From the NCBI RefSeq assembly GCF_001194135.2, contig NC_068999.1:41671311-41735310 (forward strand): a stretch of DNA of 64,000 bases. Reading direction: 5' to 3'. Position numbers and translations under genes: made by a program. The notes beneath the pieces are model-generated. The model was not told the DNA's origin and did no database searches. It saw nothing but the letters and a program-made list of their open reading frames with translations. Shown piece by piece: positions 46,766-60,282 of this stretch. Source of the DNA: Octopus bimaculoides (Eukaryota). Numbering within the stretch: position 1 is the first letter of the stretch; each line of letters opens with the position of its first letter.

Positions 46766-49239
46766 TCACTTCATTCTTTTAGATTGATTCATCACATATT
46801 TCTGATTTTTTTTTTATTTTCAAACTTGAAGATTTTTTTTCATTCTTCAATTCACGTTTTGTCCAGCCTCTTACATTTTAGGCTGCTTGGAGCATATGTA
46901 ATAATAATTACGCAATAATATCATTACTTTAAAAAAAAAAAATTAAAGTAAATTTGCTGTTTGTTTTATTATATTTTTACTTATTGTGTGTATGTGACCT
47001 CGAGAGTGGCTTAGGTGAAAACTGAGAGAAGTTTGTCTGGTTGTGTGGTAAGAAACTTGTGTCCCACTGAGTGGCGCCTTTGGCAAGTGGATTTGGTAGA
47101 CAGAAACTGAAAGAAGCCCATCATATATATATATGTGTGTGTGTGTCTTTGTGTTTGTCCCTCACCACTGTTTGACAACCGATGTTGGTATGTTTACCTC
47201 TGTAACTTGGTGGTTCATCAAAAGAGTTTGATAGAATAAGTGCTGGTCTTATAAAGAATAAGTCCCAGGGTCGATTTGTTTGACTAAAACCCTTTAAGGA
47301 AGTGCTCCAGCATGACCACAGTCAACTGAAACAAGTAAAAGAATAAAAGAATGTATATGTGTGTGTGTTGACATTGCTTAATAGCTGTAAACAAGTGTCA
47401 CTGTTATACAAGCAGTGTCATACATTCTCAGTCTTCTGTGAAAATATGTCTGTCCAAACAATATTACCTTGCTTGGAAGCAGGTGCGGATTGGTGACAGG
47501 AAAGGCATCCAGCTGTAGAAAATAGGCCTCAGTAAACAGCCATTCAAGCATGGAACAGTGGATGTTAAATTGACGATGATGATGATTGAAATTTTTGCTA
47601 CTATTTCTATCAAGTTGAACAACCACATAGAGGCTCTCTCAGCTTGTCTTGACTAAATATATATTTGGACGGTGTGTAGATATGTCTGCACATAAGTATG
47701 ACTCTATATATTAGCAGGGAGGTGGAGGCTTGAGCATTGGAGCTAGTGAAAAGAATCTCACCTCAGCAGCAAACAGAATATGTTGGAGATCAATTCTCTA
47801 TTAATTTTAGTAATTTTGTAATGTGGACTGGAAAAAAAACCCTATCATCATGAAATATGTGGAGAATCTTTTATCAATAATTGCAAATTTACAAGACACA
47901 AAAGGATACACCCTGGAGAAAAACTTATTTCACGCTATGTGGAAAAACCTTTTATTGCAAACTCTAGAAACGAGCATCCACTGGAGATAAACCAAATTTC
48001 TGTGACAGGATGAGAACAGAGCCTTTTATTCTTATCAGTTGAAATACTCTGCTTTTGCTCCAATTAATTTCAAAAATAGAGAATTTAGTAAAGTGTTTTT
48101 ATCATTCTTGAGCTGGTGTTTAGAACATACAGCTCTCTGGTTTACCAGTTCCGGTCACATCGTCTAACCCATGCCAGTATGCAAAATGGACACTAAATGA
48201 TGATGATGATATATATATTTATGTATATATATATATATACATATATAGATAGGTAGATAAATTATAGAAAATAGTTTGAATGATATCATCACCATCAAAC
48301 ATCTGCTTTCCAAGCTGGCATGGGTTGGATGGTTTGACTGAAAACTGGTGAGCTACACTAGATTCCAATCTGGTTTGGCATGGTTTCTATGACTGGATGC
48401 CTTTCCTAATGCCAACCAGTCCAAGAGTGTAGTGGGTACTTTTTATGTGTAACTGGCATGGGTTACCATTGACATGGCACCGGCATTGGCCACGTGCTCA
48501 AATGTTCCTTTTTATGTGCCATCAGCCATGGCTATGATTTCACTTGGCTTGACAGGTTTTCTCAAGCATAGCATATCACCCAACATTCCTTATTTAAAAT
48601 CACTACAATTGTTTCGACAAATTTTTACACTCTTAGTGCATTAATATGTTGTGCAAACACTATCATATATCAAAGGTGTAAGATGCACTTCTTCAGGTGA
48701 TTGTTTGAGTAAGTCCTTTGTTAGGTTATACTGTCATTTCACTCAATGGGAGAATGCATACTCAAAGAAATATGTTATATTCAGCAGTTTACAGACTAAA
48801 CTAAACCTATTCATATTGTGATAGACAAAATACAATTACTATCAAAGTACAAAACAAATAAACAGACACACACACACACATGTATACACAAAAGGGTCAA
48901 GCTGACTGAATTACAATTCTACCTCCATGGTCAGAGAAGAAAGTGCAAAACAGAATGATGAATAAAATAAAATTAAGTGTTGAGAGATAATAATGTGATA
49001 AACGAAGGAAGACTGACCATTTCTGTGCCCATCAACTGTTTCTATGAAAGACCTAAATTACCTGCTGTCTTTCTCAATAAAACACCCGATTCCATTCTAC
49101 ACAGGAATCAACTATTTAAAGTTAATGCATGACCATCTAGCTTTTATATCCTTTTTTGAAGTAATTAGAAAAATAAGTTGGGTATAAAACCCCACTGTAT
49201 ACATATTCTTTCAAATACCCACATACAAAGTACAGTATA

Positions 49240-49443
49240 TATTGGGTTGGCATATAATTATTGTGGCTTTTTTTCAACAAAAATAATAACAACATGTAAC
49301 AAAAACATCTTTAAATGATCATTCTGGAGCATATTCACCATCTACTTCAATAACTACTTCCCATTTGCTTGGCAGACGGTTAGACTGTCATTTAAAGATG
49401 TTTTTGTTGAAAAAAGCTGCAATAATTATGCACCAATCCAATG
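49240..49443. mobile_element. Mariner-derived MITE
   Basis: TIRs tattgggttggcatataattattgtggc / gctgcaataattatgcaccaatccaat; internal remnant ...RLPSKWEVV on the minus strand. Confidence 0.6.
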
Positions 49444-50519
49444 GATTCATATATATATATACACACACATATATCTATTTATGTATGCACACATATATGC
49501 TTCCTGCATATATTTTTACTATTTTTGTTTATATCAAAATTGATATATGTTGAGTTGGAAGTCTAACCCACATACAAGGTAAGGTCATGCGATGCAAATG
49601 GATGCGGACAGTTGCATATAGACGTACCAATCACTTATAGTGAATGGGAGAGGAGACAAAAAAAAACATGGGACAAGGTACTGAAGGCCAATCTTAAGAC
49701 ACTGAGCCTTATGAAGGGGATATCTAGTGCCTTGTAGTACTCAATACCTGTCCACTAACACAGCAGAATTGATATTGGTGCTGGTGCCAAGCAAAAAGCA
49801 CCCAGTACACTGTAAAGTAGTCAGTGTAAGGAATGGCATCCAGACATAGAAACCCTGCCAGAACAGACAATGAAGCCTGGTGTTGTCACCTGGCCCCTTA
49901 TTGTCTCCTTTCAAAAAGTCCAAGTAGCGATAACTGAGGGATGTTAATCAATTTTCACCAATCAAAACATTCAGTGAGGTATGTGGGTGGTCCTGTGAGT
50001 ATTTAGACCAGTGGTTCCCAAACTTTTTCAGGCCTGCCACCCCCTTGACACCCAGGCCATATTCCTAGCACCACCACCCCAGCTGACCATTACAGACATG
50101 GATCTCTTTTGGAAGCAAATGTATTCCACAAATAAAACTTGACCTAATGAACCCATCATTTTGTTTTTATATGAATCGCTACCCCATTATTGACCCACCT
50201 TTTCCTGGGACTGCTACAATAAGTTGGCAACAAACCATCACTCTATCCTGCTGCTACTGTATAGCTCTCTCAGAGATTTAGAAATGCAATATTTTTAATA
50301 TTTTCCTTGTTTTAAACAAAATTTCTGTAAATTTCCATGGAGGAATTGAATGATCCAAAACAGTTTTTTAAAACTTTTATGACATAATTTGTAATCTACA
50401 AGTTCATAAAGAGTATCTCTGCCAAATTTCATTTAAAATGATGCCTTTATTTAAAAAAAAAAATCTAAGCAAAAGCAAATTTCGGGATGGGACACCAAAC
50501 TGTAGTTCTGCCTCTATAT

Positions 50520-50620
50520 AGTGGGGCGGCTACGTCATCTTACTCGTCTGCTTAATCCGCATTATTCATGCGCATATTAGATCGTAATTCACTTCCGGTA
50601 TCCATGCCTAAGTGCGTAAT
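50520..50620. promoter_or_regulatory. CpG-enriched candidate promoter upstream of the C2H2 gene
   Basis: Clustered GGGGCGG, TACGTCA (CRE-like), ATGCGCAT (NRF1-like) and ACTTCCGG (ETS) in an otherwise CpG-poor background. Confidence 0.4.
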
Positions 50621-51236
50621 TAATGTTTCTTATCGGGACATTCAGATCGGAAAGTAATTTATTTAGAATATAAAATAATTACAATATAACCATATTCGTC
50701 TTTTATATTATAGGATTTATTTAAAAAAAACCATTAGTGATTTCTCGAACGTTTGTCAAGAAATATTTGCTCAACATCAAAGTTGACACAGATTTAATGT
50801 CTTATGTTTGTGATACAATTATTCTGAATTATATCATTTGAGCTGAGATTATTATTAATATATATCTTTAGTTCACAAGCTGGAGTGTGTACACAATGAA
50901 TTTTAATTCTAATTAAAAGTGGATTTATTTACAAAGGAGTGCTTTTTGCAGCATCTTCGGATAATCGACTCGTGGCAAATGTTTGCGAAAAGTGTCGAAG
51001 ATGGAATAATTGTTGGATGTAAACTGATTAAAAAAAGGAATGAAGCCGAGAAAAGAAAAAAGAAAACATCGTGCTGAGAGAAGAAAAATTGTGAAAAGAG
51101 ATGATTAAGTGTGAAACTTGATTGATTTTTGTTTTTTAATTTGAAGAAATGTGAAAAATGAGAAGCATAAGCATTGTGATATTACTGAAAAGTCAATGAC
51201 CCCAACAGATAAACTGTTGACATTCATACGCGAGAA

Positions 51237-52103
51237 ATGCCTTATCACTGTGATATATGTGGTAAATCATTCTCTCAGAATTGTAATTTAACTAGACACA
51301 AACATATTCATACAGGAGAGGAACCGTATCACTGTGATGTCTGTGGTAAATCATTCACTCGAAACGATCATTTAAGTGAACATAAACGTATTCATACAGG
51401 TGAGAAACCATACCAGTGTGATATCTGCGGTGAATCGTTCTCCACGAGAGGTAATTTCACCACCCACAAACGTATCCACACCGGAGAGAAACCGTATCAC
51501 TGTGGTATATGCGGCAAGTCATTCTCTGTAACTAGTAACTTAAATGCCCACAGAAGCATTCATACAGGAGAGAAACCATATCATTGTGGCATCTGTGGTA
51601 ACTCATTCTCTCATAGTGGTGACTTAACTAGACACAAACGTATTCATACTGGTGAGAGACCCTATCACTGTGATATCTGCGGTAAATCGTTCCCAAGAAC
51701 ATGTACTTTAACTACCCACAAACGCATCCACACTGGAGAAAAACCATATGCATGTGATATCTGTGGTAAATCATTCTCTCATAGTAGTGACTTAACTAAA
51801 CACAAACGTATTCACACAGGAGAGAAGCTCTACCAGTGTTATATTTGTGGTAAATCATTCTCTGCAAGCAGTTCTTTAACTGCTCACAAACGCATCCATA
51901 CAGGAGAGAGGCCCTATCATTGTGATATTTGTGGTAAATCATTCACACAACCATTTAAATTAACAACTCACAGACGCATCCATACGGGAGAGAAACCATA
52001 TCACTGTGATATCTGTGGTAAGTTATTCACTCGAAGTGGTGACTTAAATAAACACAAACGCATCCATGTAGGAAAGGAACCATATCACTGTGATCTGTGG
52101 TAA
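51237..52103 (+). CDS. C2H2 zinc-finger array protein, 10 complete fingers, no effector domain visible
   Basis: 288-aa ORF of YxCxxCGKSF...[10 protein letters not shown] repeats. Frameshifted finger remnants flank both ends, so it may be a truncated or pseudogenising copy. Confidence 0.8.
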   Translation: MPYHCDICGKSFSQNCNLTRHKHIHTGEEPYHCDVCGKSFTRNDHLSEHKRIHTGEKPYQCDICGESFSTRGNFTTHKRIHTGEKPYHCGICGKSFSVTSNLNAHRSIHTGEKPYHCGICGNSFSHSGDLTRHKRIHTGERPYHCDICGKSFPRTCTLTTHKRIHTGEKPYACDICGKSFSHSSDLTKHKRIHTGEKLYQCYICGKSFSASSSLTAHKRIHTGERPYHCDICGKSFTQPFKLTTHRRIHTGEKPYHCDICGKLFTRSGDLNKHKRIHVGKEPYHCDLW

Positions 52104-52266
52104 ATCATTCCCACAAATAACTTCACTAGTTACTCAAACGCACCCATTAAAAGAAGGGGAAACAATATCATTATGGTGAATCATTCTCAAACTATTCACA
52201 AATATAGACATACAGGAGAATAACCAAACTACTATGATTCTATGTGGTAAATTGTACTGTCTAAGA

Positions 52267-52608
52267 CTGTGGTTCTCAATCATCTTTAACTATGGACCCC
52301 TTTGATTGTACTATTTTATTCTGGTGGATCCCATAGCTATTCGGTGTATAAAAATTAGTTTTATAGAAACTTCTTTCAAAATTCCTATTTTGTTTTTCAC
52401 ACATTAATTTGCATAGGTTGAGCTATGTAAAACATTTGAGAAAGAAACCCAGTTGTTTCTTGCAATAGACACATCTAAAACAAAAAATTTTTCATGGACC
52501 CTCCAAATACTGCTGTGGCTCCCCAATTTATTGTGTTGCTTACATGGACCTCCCCCACCAATCTTATGTGGACTCTCAGGAGTCGTATGGACCCAGGTTG
52601 ACCCACTG
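52267..52608. mobile_element. hAT (Charlie-like) MITE inserted in the decayed zinc-finger tail; related 5' end near 50009
   Basis: Ends ctgtggttctcaa / ttgacccactg, with repeated atggacccc subterminal motifs. Confidence 0.55.
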
Positions 52609-54896
52609 GTCGAAAAGATGTAATAATTATTCACAAACCTATTTGTTATTCAGGAGACAAGACGTGTCCGTTGTATGTGGTTAATTATTCTCTCACAAAG
52701 GTGACTTCACAAACGTGAGAAACCACCACATCACATATGGTTCTGTCTAAAAACTATACATATATAGTATTTTCTGTATACAGACAGTGTTCTGTCTAAA
52801 AACTATACGTACATATACAGTTTATTCATACATAAGTGTAAACATATCAATAATAAATTAAAGAACAGGATAATCAACTGTGAAGTATTCACACAGCTAA
52901 GATCATCATCATCGTTTAACGTCCGCTTTCCATGCTAGCATGGGTTGGACGATTTGATTGAGGACTGGTGAACCAGATGGCTACACCAGGCTCCAGTCTG
53001 ATCCTAGTGTCATATGAACGTATAACAATATATTCTTTACAATCGTTGGCAGCAGGACACTTTCTTTACCTGGGTTTATTATTAATAAATTCACTTTATT
53101 TTGAATAAATTATTTTGAAAATATCTGGTAATATTCAATTTGTTTGGAATTTTTGCAATAATAAATAGGACAATATTATGTGTAATCTTTACTATTCACT
53201 GCAAGAGATTCCAGTCAGATATAGATCAATGATCATACCATATTGTAATATTATTTATAAAGATGGTCTTTGTGACATGCCTGTAGATGTTAGAAAGTTT
53301 GTCTTCCATATTCCTCTAAATTCTTGCATGTCTGTTATACCATAACTTTGATTGCAGTCTCTGCAAACTTATACAATAGCACTGATTATGCAACATGTCC
53401 ATCACAGTGACAAGGACAATATAATCAAACATCAGGATGACCGATGACTTGTGAAGTGAATTTGTTTAAAACAATGTTGTGCACCACCAACCCGACTCTC
53501 TCATCTGTGATCATGTTCCACACAATGGAGAAACTGGGTTAAGACGACAGGGGATCAAGACAGATGCAGTGGATGACCAAGATGTGTTACTCGCCTCGTC
53601 TTGCTCTCCGCAATCCACAATGCACTGCTACATCCACCTTCCTCTCCGTTCGACCATGTAGGTTTCTTCTGCAATGTTCACTGGATCCAGTTTTCACATG
53701 TATGTAGGCCAGCTCTAACCTACTAATTAATTCATAGCTGGGGCCCCGACAGGTGCTACTACTTCAGGTCAGAGTAGACCCGCAAAGAACAGTGGCTAAA
53801 AGATGGTTTCATCATCATCATCATCATCGTTTAACGTCCGCTTTCCATGCTAGCATGGGTTGGACGATTTGACTGAGGACTGGTGAAACCGGATGGCAAC
53901 ACCAGCCTCCAATCTGATTTGGCAGAGTTTCATGCTGGCATGAGTTGGACGGTTCGACTGGGGTCTGGGAAGCCAGGAGGCTGCACCAGGCCCCTATCTG
54001 ATCTGGCAGGGTTTCTACAGCTGGATGCCCTTTCTAATGCCAACCACTCAGAGTGTAGTGGGTGCTTTTACGTGTCACCCGCATGAAGGCCAGTCAGGTG
54101 GCTTCTCAAAACCTTGAAACTGCTGAATCGGGGCCTCACTTGAATGNNNNNNNNNNNNNNNNNNNNNNNNNNNNNNNNNNNNNNNNNNNNNNNNNNNNNN
54201 NNNNNNNNNNNNNNNNNNNNNNNNNNNNNNNNNNNNNNNNNNNNNNNNNNNNNNNNNNNNNNNNNNNNNNNNNNNNNNNNNNNNNNNNNNNNNNNNNNNN
54301 NNNNNNNNNNNNNNNNNNNNNNNNNNNNNNNNNNNNNNNNNNNNNNNNNNNNNNNNNNNNNNNNNNNNNNNNNNNNNNNNNNNNNNNNNNNNNNNNNNNN
54401 NNNNNNNNNNNNNNNNNNNNNNNNNNNNNNNNNNNNNNNNNNNNNNNNNNNNNNNNNNNNNNNNNNNNNNNNNNNNNNNNNNNNNNNNNNNNNNNNNNNN
54501 NNNNNNNNNNNNNNNNNNNNNNNNNNNNTATATATATATATATATGTATATATTATATATATATTTGATTAATGAAAGAAGGAAGATATGAGAAAGTTTA
54601 TTGATCACTACAATTGTTTCGACTCATCTTCTGTCTTTCTCATTAATCAAATACCAAACAAACACTGAGAAAGTGAGCATGCTTTACCGGTAAACTACCA
54701 GGTGTATACCACACGATTTATTAGCTAATATATATATGTGTGTGTGTGTATAGAAGGACCATACACATCTTAAAAGTAATTAGACACCATTATATCATTT
54801 TGTCTGTACAGAGACTACTCATTAGTACGATATCCAAATGGATTAAATCATTGAAAACTGCTCGGGACATGTTTACTGAATCACTAGATTAAGTAT

Positions 54897-55124
54897 TTAA
54901 TCCTTTAGCATTTAAACCAGCCGTATCCACCCAAAAGTATTCTATCTGTTTTATCTTTAGAGTAGCCAGATCTGATCTCTCATACCTACTCTACAATGTC
55001 ATTTTAAATATAAACAATCACATCATCTAAATCTCAAAGCTGTGAGATAATGCAGGGTTAATTCAAAACAATGTGAATAAATAAGGATTGCATTTAATGA
55101 GAAACCTGAATGCTGGAAAGTTAA
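54897..55124. mobile_element. piggyBac-like MITE, second family
   Basis: ttaa-tcctttagcattt ... gaatgctggaaag-ttaa; a similar end at 28248. Confidence 0.5.
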
Positions 55125-56682
55125 ACACATCAAAGAACATTTTGTTTCTAGAAACAAATCTTTCAAAAATGATGGTGTCTATTTACTTTTGAAATGTGTG
55201 TGTGTTGTAGAGAGGGAGCTGGTTTTATGCCTGGCATTGAGAGGTTAAAGCAGGTGTGAGGGGATAGGAACTGGTGCCCTGCTGTAGGGGAGAGACATGG
55301 CTACCCGGTTGGAAAGAGAGAAAAGAGTATAGGTCTAAATACTGGACTGGTACATTTTCTTCTGTCAACTTCGGGAAAACGAAAGTGGAAGTCCCCCAGT
55401 GTGGGATTTGAATTCAGAACATGAAGTGACATTACCAAATTTATTTTATCTGATGCTCTACCGATTCTGCAATCCACTGCTATGTGGTTGCTTCCTTTTG
55501 TTTACGTTTACTGAATATTTTTATTTTTTTTGCTTTAGTTAAAAAAATGTTTCAACTGCTTTGTAGGAAGTATTTACTGTTTTAATCAATTAATTTTTTT
55601 TTTTACTGTAACTACATTCGATTTTCCGCACATGGTGGAATCTACATGCACAACGTTACCCATTGATTTAAGATTCAGTAATTCGTTCCACATTAAAATT
55701 CTATACATGTTAAGAGTTCAATCACCACATTGGACGACAGGAAATATTACTGGTATTTTTACATTTTAATAGACACGTGTTTCAATGAGTCAGTAACCCA
55801 TTTTCTCAGTATTTCAGATACACACTCACAAACATACATATGTATGTGTCACCATCATCATTTATTGTCTGTTCTCCATGCTAAGATGGTTTGATTTATA
55901 AATTTCCAGATTATTAACCTTAATGTAACAAATGAAAGATTATTTTACAATACTTATCAATATTACATTTAGAATAGTTTTATCAGTGATCACCATCAGA
56001 TGTCTTAATCCAGGGTGGATTTGAAGTGAAAAAAACAATTCTTTCTAAACAATGTTAATGATGTTTTATCCATAAAGCCAATGACAATAATTTATCTAAT
56101 TAATTCATCTGCCGCTTTCACATCACCATTACAACCTTAATCACATCTTATGTCGACTGAGATGACACAGGGGCATTTGCCTGACACCCAAGAACCATAT
56201 CCAGTTGACCTTTTGTGTTTTCTTCATACAAGACAAAAATAAGGACTTCTTTTGGTTAGGCACATGAACAATTTTTAAATATATATATATATATACATGC
56301 ATGTATGTATAAATATGTACATATTTATGTATGTATAGATAAACAGATATATCTCCTTCACCATCATCATCATCATCGTTTAACGTCCGCTTTCCATGCT
56401 AGCATGGGTTGGACGATTTGACTGAGGACTGGCGAACCAGATGGCTACACCAGGCTCCAATCTGATTTTCCTTATAATTTCATATATATATATATACACA
56501 CACACACATATACTAATACATTTATCTATCTATAAATATATACATACACACACACACATACTAAATCAAATTCTATAGTGAACTGAATTCAGAAACAAAG
56601 ACTCTGGAACATCTAATTTAGCTCATTAGAGAGGGACTATCAAATACCACAATTGCATCAGTTTAAAAAAAACAGTCTTCAG

Positions 56683-56716
<34 letters not shown>

Positions 56717-57711
56717 NNNNNNNNNNNNNNNNNNNNNNNNNNNNNNNNNNNNNNNNNNNNNNNNNNNNNNNNNNNNNNNNNNNNNNNNNNNNNNNNNNNN
56801 NNNNNNNNNNNNNNNNNNNNNNNNNNNNNNNNNNNNNNNNNNNNNNNNNNNNNNNNNNNNNNNNNNNNNNNNNNNNNNNNNNNNNNNNNNNNNNNNNNNN
56901 NNNNNNNNNNNNNNNNNNNNNNNNNNNNNNNNNNNNNNNNNNNNNNNNNNNNNNNNNNNNNNNNNNNNNNNNNNNNNNNNNNNNNNNNNNNNNNNNNNNN
57001 NNNNNNNNNNNNNNNNNNNNNNNNNNNNNNNNNNNNNNNNNNNNNNNNNNNNNNNNNNNNNNNNNNNNNNNNNNNNNNNNNNNNNNNNNNNNNNNNNNNN
57101 NNNNNNNNNNNNNNNNNNNNNNNNNNNNNNNNNNNNNNNNNNNNNNNNNNNNNNNNNNNNNNNNNNNNNNNNNNNNNNNNNNNNNNNNNNNNNNNNNNNN
57201 NNNNNNNNNNNNNNNNNNNNNNNNNNNNNNNNNNNNNNNNNNNNNNNNNNNNNNNNNNNNNNNNNNNNNNNNNNNNNNNNNNNNNNNNNNNNNNNNNNNN
57301 NNNNNNNNNNNNNNNNNNNNNNNNNNNNNNNNNNNNNNNNNNNNNNNNNNNNNNNNNNNNNNNNNNNNNNNNNNNNNNNNNNNNNNNNNNNNNNNNNNNN
57401 NNNNNNNNNNNNNNNNNNNNNNNNNNNNNNNNNNNNNNNNNNNNNNNNNNNNNNNNNNNNNNNNNNNNNNNNNNNNNNNNNNNNNNNNNNNNNNNNNNNN
57501 NNNNNNNNNNNNNNNNNNNNNNNNNNNNNNNNNNNNNNNNNNNNNNNNNNNNNNNNNNNNNNNNNNNNNNNNNNNNNNNNNNNNNNNNNNNNNNNNNNNN
57601 NNNNNNNNNNNNNNNNNNNNNNNNNNNNNNNNNNNNNNNNNNNNNNNNNNNNNNNNNNNNNNNNNNNNNNNNNNNNNNNNNNNNNNNNNNNNNNNNNNNN
57701 NNNNNNNNNNN

Positions 57712-58040
57712 GGGTTCTCATTCCTAAGGTATTTTCTGATGTCATTATTTATTAATCAGGTCACTGCCTGGAATCGAACTCGGAATCTTGGGGTTAGTAG
57801 CCCACGCTCTTAACCACTACGCAATATGCCTGAGTTTGATACCAGGCAGTGATCTGAATAATAATAAAAATAACATCGGAAAAATACGTTAGGAATGAGA
57901 ACCCAGGTTCGAAATTTCCCCAAGTCACCTGATGAAGGCTGGAGGGTATATCAGCCAAAACGTTGTGTTAAGAACAAACAAGAAGAAGAGAAATATCCGT
58001 CAAATTTACATAATTTCTCATCTCTTAAATATTGAACAGA
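57712..58040. mobile_element. Head-to-head pair of a tRNA-headed SINE-like element that carries a hammerhead
   Basis: Minus copy 57830-57712 has A box ttgcgtagtgg and B box gagttcgattcc, then a body running into the N gap. Plus copy 57832-58040 starts at the B box, shares the same body and continues through the hammerhead. A 5'-truncated copy lies at 44882-45030. Confidence 0.65.
57924..57969 (+). ncRNA. Second copy of the same hammerhead motif, with G12 mutated to A
   Basis: gtcac-CTGATGA-a-ggctg(gagggtatat)cagcc-AAAAC-GTT-gtgtt; flanks are homologous to 44882-45030. Confidence 0.55.
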
Positions 58041-58187
58041 GATTAATTACTGTAAGACATGATGTAGAGTTTGGTTTGTAATTTACTAACGATTGTTTGG
58101 AAAAATCAATGGTTCTCTGGCTAGAAAGGGGCATTAGTGAAGAGAGAGAATAAGAGAGAGAGGGAGCAGACCATCTGAAGAGGCCAA

Positions 58188-60228
58188 CTATAAATGTTCT
58201 CGATTGCTACTGGGTCGTGTTGGACGTATGGCTTTCAGCAAGTTATAGTTGAGATATGTACAGTAATCACTGGAAATAAACGGAATGTAGAATGCTCGGA
58301 ATATTCGGTGGGATCTAGAAATTAGAAAGAAAACAAAATGGTTAATATTACCAAAAAGATTTTAAAAAATAAAAAAAAGATACTATGTTTGATGGCATAT
58401 AAGATAGAGAGAGTGAGGGAGACAAAGGGGCAAAGAGAGTGATAGGAAGAGAAAGAGTGATAGAAATCGAAAGAGTGATAGAGTGAGATTAACAGAAAAA
58501 GTGAAAGAGTACGAGAGAGAGAGAGAGAGAGAAAAATCACTTACAGTTGTGGATATAGAAATTTTGATGACACTAAAATTTTCCACTCCTGAGTTTTTTT
58601 GGAATATCTTGGTTCCAGTTTGGTTTCTGTAGGCACATCCAGGTCTATCAAATAATGGCACTTACTTATGTTAATCTGAAAGAACACAAGAAATGAAACA
58701 ACTCAAACAGAAGCAATGATAAACTACAACAAGAGTATTTATCTGTACCCCCATCTCTGACCATCCTCTATTATTCACAAACATACTTGCAGTCTCTATC
58801 CACATAGCCTCCTTGTTCTTCAGTCCCCAAAGCCTACCTTGACATCTTGTCACAGTTCCATTCCTATTAGCCCCAATCACTCTTGGAGCTGTGTGTCTCT
58901 TCTATTGCAAGAAATCTGTTCCAGCCCCTGTCTTCATACGCTAACCTTTCATCTCTCACCATAAACCCACCTCTCTGCCTGCCTGCCTGTCTGTCTGTCT
59001 ATCTATTAATCTCTCTCTCTCTCTCCTGTAAGTCCAATCAGTTGAGAGGATTTTATTCTTGCAAGCTACATGGTGACCTCACCAGTGCTGGTGCCATGAA
59101 GAAAGCATCCAGCAGTAGAAACCATGCCAAAGTAGACAGTAGGTCTTGGCACAGTCCTCTCACCCATCAGATAATGCTAAACTGCTCAACATATGCCAGT
59201 ATGGAAGATGGACATTAGAAGAAGATGATGATGATTCTACTTATCCCTGGTTCCTTAACTGCCCTCAAGTAAATGAGAATATCTCTGCTGAAAAGTGTTT
59301 AGAAATTTCTCTCTTTATTTAAATTCTTCACCACCACAGCCACCAAAATTCCCAAGTGGTTCATTATTTTGTAGAGATGAGTTTGAAATACCTTCTGAGT
59401 GTGGCCAGAAGAATAGCCTGGAGGGTCACCCACAAGTTTCATCTAAAAGTCAACAGGAGCTGATCACCTGTAGATGGTTACCGCTGATCATGGATGGATC
59501 AAATACCTGAATCAGTTGTCTCAGAAGAGATGGATTGATGAAGGAGTAACAAAAAAGGACTGATTTTACTTACGTAGCGGGTTGGTTCTTCCATGTTCAT
59601 GTCATTCATGTGTGAAGGGATTGTCGAAGTTGAATCGGGTCCTTGATAATAGGGTTTGGGTAACTGACCTTTGAACTCTGACTTTATGAAGCGTAAATGC
59701 CAACTGGTGAATATGGAAGGGGGAAAAAAAAAAATTAAAATTAAATAAATTATGGTAATATCTCAAGTAAAAAAAAAAAAAAAAAAAATTATTATTTTCT
59801 ACCATACAAGGGCTGAAATTTTTGGAAAAGTAGTTAGTTAAATACGTAAATACCGGTGCTCAACTGGTATTATTTTACTGACCCCACAAACGATGAAAGG
59901 TATTGTTAACCTTGGCTGAATTAAAACTCAGATTGTAAAGCCAGAAGGAATGCAGCTAATCATTTTGCTTGGTTTGCCAATAATTCTGCCTTAAAATGAT
60001 AAGAATATTATCTCTAAAGATTTGCTCCATAGTTAATCCTTTATTGAGTCAATGTAGAAGTCTACAAGAGTTCCAAGCGGATCAAACAATCCAGGACTAA
60101 GGAAGTGTTAAGGAAACAAGATGTTGTAATCAATAATTTCAAGGATTCAATAATCAATCATAGATGTATTTTGCACTTATGAATGACTCAACTGATTCAT
60201 TTTATCAACTTTTTATGATAACAACAAC

Positions 60229-60282
<54 letters not shown>

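Noticed and set aside
53300-53700. More complex, GC-richer stretch that could be an old LINE fragment
   Set aside because: No convincing motif in any frame.
57755-57830. tRNA-like sequence with ACT anticodon on the minus strand
   Set aside because: The acceptor and T stems do not pair properly and it continues into a repeat body; treated as a SINE head, not a tRNA gene.
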